Positions 34,510-42,273 of a DNA stretch of 64,000 nucleotides are shown piece after piece. Both the position numbers and the translations under genes were made by a program. Below the pieces are notes generated by a model, which was not told the DNA's origin, did not search any database, and was given only the letters and a program-made list of their open reading frames with translations. The stretch lies in NCBI GenBank assembly GCA_015063385.1, contig SVUG01000001.1, positions 74,201-138,200 on the forward strand. The letters run 5' to 3'. This stretch comes from Oscillospiraceae bacterium. GTDB lineage: Bacteria; Bacillota; Clostridia; Oscillospirales; CAG-272. Position 1 is the first letter of the stretch, and each line of letters opens with the position of its first letter.

Positions 34510-37419
34510 ATGATACAGGTAAAAAACAAAAAGCTTAATAAAAAACAGCTTACTATCATTATAACAGCCTCCGTGCTCGCATTTTTAATAATTGCATACG
34601 CCGTCATTTCTACTCTTATAAGCTCCGGATTGATTGGCGATAATAATGGCGGCGGATCGTCGCAGAGGCCTGAGGTGCTCGATGGTGAGTCGATTATCAA
34701 TGGTATGTCGGCCGCATATCCGTATATTGCAAAGTCAAGTTTACTTTCTGTTGCGGTAAGTAGTCACAAGGACGCATTTTATATGTTCCGAGATAAGAAT
34801 GACGAGGGAGCATATAACAGTTATTTTGAATTCGTATACGAAAATGATGACGGCAAACCGGTCAGCTATAATCCTGCAATACTTTCGAAGGATTATAACA
34901 CAAAATACACTGATTTTTATGCTACGGAAAGCAGTGACGGCTTAAATGCAACGAAGATTGATTATCTGTGTGCCGCAATAGGCGCGTTGTATTTTGACGA
35001 ACGCATAAATCCTGAGGAGGATAGAGAATCTCAGCTTCGTCGCTACGGTCTAAGTAAGGAAGACAGGGAAACCATTCTTATAAGCTACATCAATTCAGAA
35101 GGCAAGGAAGACGAGATTACTATTTTCGTCGGTGACAGTCTTATAACAGGCGTTGGCTACTATTATATGATTGAAGGCAGGGACTATATTTATACCTCTG
35201 CTGCCAGCGAAAGACTTGAATATCTTTTGAGTGATTTTGAGTCATTCCTTCATTCCAGAATAGTTGCTGCGGGAATTCCGTCTGACGGTCTTTACGAGCC
35301 ATTCCTTACTACGGATTACAAGCAGTGGACGAACAAGTATTACGGTATCAGCAACGGACACGAGGGTAAGTATGTGTCCGACGGCTCAAACGTAATTATA
35401 TACGCTGACGCAATAACCCCCGTATATTCATCAAGCTCCTCGGATGAAGACGTTGCTGATGGATACAGACACGGTGGATATACCGTTCATAACGTAGACC
35501 TGTCGTACATTGGCGGAATTCCTCACTTTGAAAGACTCGTGCAGGTTCTTAAAGGAAATCCTATAGGGGATTATAAGGGCAAGGAGCTTTTAGTGACGGT
35601 TAATTCCAACACCAATTTTGCCGAGCTCGGTTCGAAGTACAAATATACCATTCTTTCACTTGAATCTGTTCTGGCTGACGATGGGGAGCATTTTGAGGAC
35701 GGTTATGACGTTGGAGAGAGCGATTTGGTTAAAATCGTTTATGACTATGACGTTGACGGCGTGAAGAAAAACACAGTTCCTTGTCACGGAATTATAAGTC
35801 TGTCAGACGCTAAAATTCCTGAGGAAGTTCGCAACGTTATTAAGAATTCAAGCGTTGGAGATTCGCTCAATCTTAATTTCGAGGTAAGCTATGACAAAGA
35901 TAACGCTGATGAGGAAACCATAACTAAAGTTGTTACTGAGATATCTATAATAGATAAGCAGACTGAAACGGGCGCTATAGAATATCCCGAGGTGATAGAC
36001 GAAAATTGCAGAGTCACTTATTCCTATAAGTATCTTATTAACGGCTCTTACGTACTCGAGGAAGGCATAGAGACGGTTGATCTTTCTGCAATTACCGAGG
36101 GGGAAGACCTTGAAATAAAAGAAAAGTTCCTTGGATTGACAACCTCAGACGGTCTTGATATTCTGATAAGCGAAGAAAAAATATATTGCCAGTATATCTC
36201 GGACTTCCAGGTATACAGCATACAGACTATCAAGGGATACGTTGAGGAGGATATAGTAGTTTCCTTTGAATATGTAAACGCATCAAAGAGAGACCCGTTC
36301 TATAGCGAATCAATTTACAAGAACACTCTTGAAAACGAAAACAAGTATTATCCGCTTGACGCAACCGCTTGTCAGAACGTCACTTTCCTGCTCGGAGGTC
36401 TTGGTGCTTCGAGCAACTCGCAGGTGTCTGGCGGTCTTGTCGGTTCTGAGACGGTGGCAGTTGGACTTACTCCTGCGAATATGGATAAATTCAACCTTTA
36501 CGACGGATACACCATATACTTTGAGCTTCCCAGGGGAATCGTTAGCATACCCGGCTCCGCCGATAACGAGGTTGCCGATTACAAGCATCTTTCCACGCTC
36601 GAATTTAATCTTTATATAAGCCGTGAAAATTCCGACGGAACGCGATATATCGGCTCGGATATGTACGATATCATCGTAAAGATTGACGGAAAGGGATTTG
36701 AATTCCTTGAAAAAACCTTCGAGGAATATTGGTCAAGACGAAATCTCGTTATGGTCGATATCTCTCTTATTGATAAGGTTATGGTTGAGCTTGGAATGGA
36801 TGACGTATACGGAAAGTACGATTTCGACCTTAACCACAAGCAAATATATATATCCGGCAATCAGCATTTTGAGGAACAGCCCGCTACTGGTGGCACGGAA
36901 TATGATTTTATCACTGTAAAGCTCACATCAAATGGAAAAATATCAGATTCTGCATATTCCGAAATTTTAAATAGCGATATCGACGCAGAGGTCAGCCTTG
37001 AGACAATTTATGAAACGGTCACCGGACTTAAGACCAGCGTAGGCCATGACACCGAAGCTACCGCGAACTTTAAGATTATGCTGAACATGCTGTATAACAT
37101 TAGTTATTCCGGCGTGCTTTCCGACGAGGAAATAGCAGATGCCAAGGAAAATGCTCCCAAAATAATGAGCATCACCTTCCAGCTAGAGGGAGAGAAAAAT
37201 AACGGAAACCGTTATGCATATGATTTCTACAGAGTAAGCGACCGTCGTGTAATGGTTGACCTTTACAGAGTAGATGCAAGTGGAAACAGACTTGAAAACA
37301 GCGAGGATAACGTGTCCGGATTCTATATTTCCACATTTGCTGCAAGGAAAATAATCAACGGCTTCTGCAGCCTGTTGAATGGACAGACAATAGACCAGAA
37401 TACCGGCTATTGGAAATGA
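34510..37419 (+). CDS. Large (969 aa) N-terminally anchored extracytoplasmic protein; possible DUF4340-type partner of GldG systems
   Basis: The RBS is strong (TAAGGAGG). It has one N-terminal TM helix (LTIIITASVLAFLIIAYAVISTLI) and the rest is predicted to lie outside. The family is suggested only by its position after the gldG-like genes. Confidence 0.45.
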   Translation: MIQVKNKKLNKKQLTIIITASVLAFLIIAYAVISTLISSGLIGDNNGGGSSQRPEVLDGESIINGMSAAYPYIAKSSLLSVAVSSHKDAFYMFRDKNDEGAYNSYFEFVYENDDGKPVSYNPAILSKDYNTKYTDFYATESSDGLNATKIDYLCAAIGALYFDERINPEEDRESQLRRYGLSKEDRETILISYINSEGKEDEITIFVGDSLITGVGYYYMIEGRDYIYTSAASERLEYLLSDFESFLHSRIVAAGIPSDGLYEPFLTTDYKQWTNKYYGISNGHEGKYVSDGSNVIIYADAITPVYSSSSSDEDVADGYRHGGYTVHNVDLSYIGGIPHFERLVQVLKGNPIGDYKGKELLVTVNSNTNFAELGSKYKYTILSLESVLADDGEHFEDGYDVGESDLVKIVYDYDVDGVKKNTVPCHGIISLSDAKIPEEVRNVIKNSSVGDSLNLNFEVSYDKDNADEETITKVVTEISIIDKQTETGAIEYPEVIDENCRVTYSYKYLINGSYVLEEGIETVDLSAITEGEDLEIKEKFLGLTTSDGLDILISEEKIYCQYISDFQVYSIQTIKGYVEEDIVVSFEYVNASKRDPFYSESIYKNTLENENKYYPLDATACQNVTFLLGGLGASSNSQVSGGLVGSETVAVGLTPANMDKFNLYDGYTIYFELPRGIVSIPGSADNEVADYKHLSTLEFNLYISRENSDGTRYIGSDMYDIIVKIDGKGFEFLEKTFEEYWSRRNLVMVDISLIDKVMVELGMDDVYGKYDFDLNHKQIYISGNQHFEEQPATGGTEYDFITVKLTSNGKISDSAYSEILNSDIDAEVSLETIYETVTGLKTSVGHDTEATANFKIMLNMLYNISYSGVLSDEEIADAKENAPKIMSITFQLEGEKNNGNRYAYDFYRVSDRRVMVDLYRVDASGNRLENSEDNVSGFYISTFAARKIINGFCSLLNGQTIDQNTGYWK

Positions 37420-37496
37420 AAAACCGCGGGGGAGATGCCAAAAAGCTCTCTCCCAAGGTAAAATAATAAAAATATTATAAAAATATAAAAAAACAT

Positions 37497-37525
37497 TTGC
37501 ATTTTTATATTTTATATGTTATAAT
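37497..37525 (+). promoter_or_regulatory. Sigma-A-type promoter for the lipoprotein gene
   Basis: TTGCAT (37497-37502), 17 nt, TATAAT (37520-37525). Confidence 0.6.
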
Positions 37526-37595
37526 AAATTTTGCACAACTTTAAGGCGCTTTCAGCGCCAAAATTGGAAAATAAATTAGTTTAAGGATGAATGAC

Positions 37596-39917
37596 ATGAA
37601 AAAGAGAATTATTGCATTAGTTCTTGTGGTTGTTATGTCGGTTCTTTCACTTGCAAGCTGCGGAAGCTTCAACTTTGTGAAAGAGGACCTTTCGGCATAT
37701 GCAACCTTTGATTATGCTACCTTTAAGGCGGCACTTGAGAAGATCGTGCTTGACGAGGGCGACTTCACCTTCACCACTGACGAAGAGATCAGACAGGCTA
37801 AGGTGACAAAGGCTGTTTATGAAAAGATTGCAGACGCTATCGTTAAAGCTTCTGACGAGGACGACCGCAAGGATGATGAAGAGGATTATATTCTCGGCGG
37901 CGGTGACGTGCTTTACTACGTATATTACGCTGAGGACGCAGAAGGAAACAAGTACTTCACCTCTGAGATGAAGGAAACTGCTATCTCCAATTCCTCTACC
38001 CAGGCTGATCACGTTATCAAGCTTGGTGCTATTGATACCGAGGATAAGGACGATGACGAGATTAATAAGCTTATCAAGAAGAATCTTGTAGAAAACGCAG
38101 AGCTTTCCGAGTATGTTTACTCTATGGTTCTTGTTGACGAGCTTCAGAGCGAGGCAGAGAAAAAGCTTAAGGAAGAAAAGCCTGAGGCTACCGAAGAAGA
38201 AATCAAGGCTGCAAAGGCAGAGGCTATTAAGGTTAAGGCTGGCGACAAGATCGTTATTTCCTATACCCGTAGCTATAAGAAGGACAACAACGGCACTATC
38301 TCTACCGTTAACGAGAGTGCAGCGTTCGAGTCTGTTGTTATCAACGATACCGATCCCTTCCTTTCCAAGTTCATCGCCGAGCATTCCGTTGCTAACGTAG
38401 GCGGCACTCTTGAGGTATGCGATAAGGAAAACTGCACCGAGGGCAACGAAAAGACCACCAAGGAATTCAAGGTGACCATCGGTGACGTTGAGTACACCTA
38501 CAAGGACGTTAAGATTCTCTGGAAGGTTGAGGATGAGGGCCAGGTTATCTCTAGCTTCAAGTACACCTTCAAGGAAGATAAGAACGTCACTCCCGACAAC
38601 TGCCGTGAGACCACCGCAGGCAAGGTAAACCTTAAGGATAAAGAGATTACCTACTACGTATATCCCGTATATGCAATCGAAGCACCCAAGGGTGAGGACA
38701 TCACCGCTGCTCATATTCTTGAGTGGATAACCGGCAGCAAGATTGCTAAGGATACGTTCGATGCATTTGAGGATGACGGATTCGTATACAAGGAAGAGGG
38801 CAAGGAGGACGTTAAGATCTCCGAGCTTGTTAAGGATATAATCAGCATCTACGCTCCTACCGAAGAGGACAACGAGTTCTACAAGGAGGGTACCGATCTT
38901 CAGAAGCTTTACAAGGATTATACCGATAAGAAGGCTATTTCCGACAAGACCGGTTCTACTACTGCTGAAAAGACTGCTACCACCGATGCACAGAATGCTC
39001 TTTCTGATAAGCAGAAGGAGCTGGCTAACGAGTATATTGCGAAGATTGCAGCTTGCGTAAAGGGCGAGGAAAAGGCAACTGACGCTATCGTTAAGGAATA
39101 CCGCGAAGAAAATTACCACAACATGAAGGAATCTTACGATACCGCTATAACCCAGGCCGTTCAGGCAAAGGTTTGGAAGCTTATCCAGGATTCCGTAAAG
39201 GTTGATTCAAGCAAGCTTCCCGAGAAGCTCGTTAAGGAATATAAGAAGCACCTCATCGACTCCTACGAGTATGAGTACTACAAGGGCGATTACAGCTCTA
39301 CAGTTTCTAACTATGACAAGTATGACACCTTCGATGCATACCTTATGTCCAAGGAGGTTCTCAATCTCACCAGCTCTGATAAGATTGATGAAGCTATAGA
39401 TGCCAAGGCAAGAGAGTACATCGTTCCTATCGTTCAGATATACGTTGTATCCAAGGCTTGCGAGGCTGACGCGCTTGCGGCTATGCCCGGATTTGTTGAG
39501 CAGGACATCACCGAGGGTAAGGCATACGAGGTTGACGAGCACTCCTTCGAGGAGACCTACGGTGACAAGGCTGCTGAAAAGATAGCCGAGGCTAAGGAGC
39601 AGGCTGAGAAGAACAAGGCCGAGGCTCGTGAGGATGCAAAGGTATTTATTATCGACGATGCATTCATCAAGGAGTACAAGAAGGAAATCGGAAGAGCTTA
39701 CTACAGACAGCTCACCGAGGAGTACGGCGAAATCAATCTTCGTGCGTCCTTCCAGTTCAACAAGCTCTTCTACTACCTCACCAGCACTAACATCGTAGAG
39801 GGTGATCACGACGGTCACAAGCACGCTGAGGCTAAGTACGAGAAGATTGACGGCGTTGATTTCATCGACTTCAGACTTGTTAAGTACACCATCGAAGAGA
39901 AGACTGACAACAAATAA
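37596..39917 (+). CDS. Lipoprotein, Lys/Glu/Asp-rich, with degenerate trigger-factor-like (FKBP plus C-terminal arm) features
   Basis: Signal peptide with lipobox LSLASC|GS. Segment KAGDKIVISYT...DPFLSKFIAEHSVANVGG resembles the trigger-factor PPIase region. The C-terminal half parallels the ORF at 40469-42220. The ATG at 37596 has better AAGGA spacing than the one at 37587. Confidence 0.6.
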   Translation: MKKRIIALVLVVVMSVLSLASCGSFNFVKEDLSAYATFDYATFKAALEKIVLDEGDFTFTTDEEIRQAKVTKAVYEKIADAIVKASDEDDRKDDEEDYILGGGDVLYYVYYAEDAEGNKYFTSEMKETAISNSSTQADHVIKLGAIDTEDKDDDEINKLIKKNLVENAELSEYVYSMVLVDELQSEAEKKLKEEKPEATEEEIKAAKAEAIKVKAGDKIVISYTRSYKKDNNGTISTVNESAAFESVVINDTDPFLSKFIAEHSVANVGGTLEVCDKENCTEGNEKTTKEFKVTIGDVEYTYKDVKILWKVEDEGQVISSFKYTFKEDKNVTPDNCRETTAGKVNLKDKEITYYVYPVYAIEAPKGEDITAAHILEWITGSKIAKDTFDAFEDDGFVYKEEGKEDVKISELVKDIISIYAPTEEDNEFYKEGTDLQKLYKDYTDKKAISDKTGSTTAEKTATTDAQNALSDKQKELANEYIAKIAACVKGEEKATDAIVKEYREENYHNMKESYDTAITQAVQAKVWKLIQDSVKVDSSKLPEKLVKEYKKHLIDSYEYEYYKGDYSSTVSNYDKYDTFDAYLMSKEVLNLTSSDKIDEAIDAKAREYIVPIVQIYVVSKACEADALAAMPGFVEQDITEGKAYEVDEHSFEETYGDKAAEKIAEAKEQAEKNKAEAREDAKVFIIDDAFIKEYKKEIGRAYYRQLTEEYGEINLRASFQFNKLFYYLTSTNIVEGDHDGHKHAEAKYEKIDGVDFIDFRLVKYTIEEKTDNK

Positions 39918-39964
39918 GGAAAAAACGGTTCTGCCGTCCTGCAGAGCTAAGACTAAATAGAAAA

Positions 39965-39993
39965 ACGGGCGAAGATTCTTCGTCCGTTTTTTA
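39965..39993 (+). terminator. Intrinsic terminator after the lipoprotein gene
   Basis: ACGGGCGAAG, ATT loop, CTTCGTCCGT, followed by TTTTTT. Confidence 0.8.
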
Positions 39994-40004
39994 AAAAGGA
40001 ACTT

Positions 40005-40451
40005 ATGAAAGAAGTTAAGATATACACTGACGGTGCATGCAGGGGCAATCCCGGCAGAGGCGGCTGGGGTGCAATTCTCGTTTACGGCAGATTTGAAAAG
40101 GAGCTGTCCGGGGGCGAGGCTGTGACGACCAACAACCGTATGGAATTGACTGCTGCAATAGAGGGGCTCGCAGCGTTAAAAGAGCCATGCTCGGTCACTC
40201 TTTATTCGGACTCCAAGTATCTTGTTGATGCATTCGTGCAGGGGTGGGTATACTCCTGGCGCGAGAAGGGCTGGAAAAGAGGAAAGGAAGAACTGAAAAA
40301 CCCGGATTTGTGGGAGCGTCTTTATTCCTTGACCGAGATTCATAAGGTCGCATTCGAGTGGGTTAAGGGCCACGCGGGCCACGATTATAACGAGCGTTGT
40401 GACGCTCTTGCAACCGCGTATGCCGACTCGTTTCCACCGTTAGAGCAATAG
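40005..40451 (+). CDS. rnhA: Ribonuclease HI
   Basis: 148 aa with [17 protein letters not shown] and [14 protein letters not shown] plus the C-terminal HAG...NERCDALA, i.e. the DEDD catalytic set of RNase H1. Confidence 0.93.
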   Translation: MKEVKIYTDGACRGNPGRGGWGAILVYGRFEKELSGGEAVTTNNRMELTAAIEGLAALKEPCSVTLYSDSKYLVDAFVQGWVYSWREKGWKRGKEELKNPDLWERLYSLTEIHKVAFEWVKGHAGHDYNERCDALATAYADSFPPLEQ

Positions 40452-40468
40452 AAAGGCGAAAGCAACAT

Positions 40469-42220
40469 ATGAGCAATAAAAAGCAAAAAAACAACTCGGC
40501 AGAGGATAAAAAAGACGTACGGGCTGGCACGAAGAGCGCCGCGACAAAAAGCGCTGATTCAAATCCTAAGCTTTCCGAGAAGAATCTTGCAATTCTGATA
40601 ACGGCTATAGTTCTTTTGACGTTTATCGTAGGTGCATCTGCGTTTTTCCTCGTTGATGCTATTATAAACAACAAATTCTTTAGCTATCGCACGTCTAATC
40701 TTTCAAATTACGTCACGCTTTCCAAAGAAAGCTACAAGGGTAATAAAATAAACGTCGATATAGCAAAGCCTCACGACATAGACGTGGACGTAGCTATACT
40801 TGCGCTTCTGGCATCAGATAAGGGAGATGCAAAGTATAACGGAAACAGCGTTTCTACTGCTGACTCTGACTTTGTTATCACTGCAGGTGCCGAGCTTAAG
40901 CTTTGGTATCGCGGATATCTTCTTGATAACGAGGGCGGAAAGATTGACGTTGCGGGAATGTCAAACTTAACTAACGGAACGCCCGCCTCTCTTGAAATAG
41001 GCTCAGGCGGATTTATCCCGGGCTTTGAGCTTGGACTGTTAGGTGAGAACACTGCTGATTATGCCAAGTTTGTGAAAATCAAGGACGCTTCAACAGATAT
41101 TGTTGAGTCCCACGTTGCATACGTGAGCTTTTCCAGACTCGCAGAGGGCGCAGATGCTAAAAAGGATACCGAAAAGGTTGCATCGGCAAGAATCGAGCTT
41201 TCGGCAGACGACGTTGACGATAACTTCGGCACAGGCTTCAAGGAAAAGCTTCTCGGCGCAACGATAGGCGAAAAAATGAGTTTTGAGGCTACTATTGACG
41301 GCAAAAAATATAATTATACCGACGTGACGGTTGATTTTGTCACTGACTGTGAGAGCAATCCAATAAAGGTGACCACTTATTTCCCTTACGATTACTCCAC
41401 CGCAACGCTTCGTAATGAAACAGCATATTTTGAGGTTTACGTAGAAAGCGGAGTGCTTTACGAGGAGCAGAAGTTTGATGACGCATACGTAGAGGAGCTT
41501 GTAAAGAGAGAGGGAAGCAATATAACCCTCGAGGAGCTTAACGAATTCGACGGCTCGGCTTTGACTGATAAGTACCGTGCATACGTGAAAAAGACGATAG
41601 ACGATCTTTACGCGGAAGAGTATGAGAAGGCTGTCACTGAGGCTGTGTGGAATAATATTCTTGCTTCCGCAAAGATTGAAAAGTACCCTAAAGCAAAGGT
41701 TGATAAAATTCACGAGGAATATATTCAGGACGTTAAGGACCAGTTTGACAGCACGGGCGGATATTTAGAGAATTCTTACGGCGAATCAAAAACCTACGAG
41801 GATATTAACTCTTTTGCAAGAGCGTATCTCGGACTTTCATCTACTGCTGATTGGCAGAAACATCTTTACAGCATGAGCGAGAGTCTTGTTAAGGAAAGAC
41901 TCGTGCTTTACTATATTATGCGTGAAGAAGGACTTATGCCGACTAAAAAGGAGCTCAAGTCGGAAATAGAGAAGACCAAAGAGGTTTATCTCGACGAGTA
42001 CGTTCAGCAGTACCTTGATTATGAAAAGAAGAAGAGAGAGGACTTCACCGATGCGGAGTACGAGGAGTACGTAGAAGCAAGAGCGAGTGAAATCTTCGGA
42101 TATTATGACGACGATTATTTTGAGGAAACAACTCTTTACGACCTTGCTACCAAGGAAATGGTTAAGTGGCCTGAGGTTGTCACTCTGGACCAAAGGCGCG
42201 CGTATCCTCTTGATAAATAA
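40469..42220 (+). CDS. Membrane-anchored trigger-factor-like protein (FKBP-type PPIase domain plus TF C-terminal-like arm), predicted extracytoplasmic
   Basis: It has a basic N-terminus followed by one TM helix (LAILITAIVLLTFIVGASAFFLV). LEIGSGGFIPGFELGLLGE matches the trigger-factor LGSGxxIPGFEEGLxG motif. Confidence 0.65.
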   Translation: MSNKKQKNNSAEDKKDVRAGTKSAATKSADSNPKLSEKNLAILITAIVLLTFIVGASAFFLVDAIINNKFFSYRTSNLSNYVTLSKESYKGNKINVDIAKPHDIDVDVAILALLASDKGDAKYNGNSVSTADSDFVITAGAELKLWYRGYLLDNEGGKIDVAGMSNLTNGTPASLEIGSGGFIPGFELGLLGENTADYAKFVKIKDASTDIVESHVAYVSFSRLAEGADAKKDTEKVASARIELSADDVDDNFGTGFKEKLLGATIGEKMSFEATIDGKKYNYTDVTVDFVTDCESNPIKVTTYFPYDYSTATLRNETAYFEVYVESGVLYEEQKFDDAYVEELVKREGSNITLEELNEFDGSALTDKYRAYVKKTIDDLYAEEYEKAVTEAVWNNILASAKIEKYPKAKVDKIHEEYIQDVKDQFDSTGGYLENSYGESKTYEDINSFARAYLGLSSTADWQKHLYSMSESLVKERLVLYYIMREEGLMPTKKELKSEIEKTKEVYLDEYVQQYLDYEKKKREDFTDAEYEEYVEARASEIFGYYDDDYFEETTLYDLATKEMVKWPEVVTLDQRRAYPLDK

Positions 42221-42248
42221 TTCTCTATTATATATATAATGTAAAAAA

Positions 42249-42266
42249 CCGAGGAGAAATCCTCGG
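42249..42266. terminator. Bidirectional intrinsic terminator
   Basis: AAAAAA-CCGAGGA-GAAA-TCCTCGG-TTTTTT between convergent genes. Confidence 0.85.
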
Positions 42267-42273
42267 TTTTTTA

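Noticed and set aside
37647-39119. 490-aa ORF on the minus strand inside the lipoprotein gene
   Set aside because: It is antisense to a gene with a good RBS, lipobox and promoter. The product is Leu/Val/Ile/Phe-rich low-complexity sequence, as expected from reading Lys/Glu/Asp-rich codons backwards. It has no RBS and no recognisable motif.
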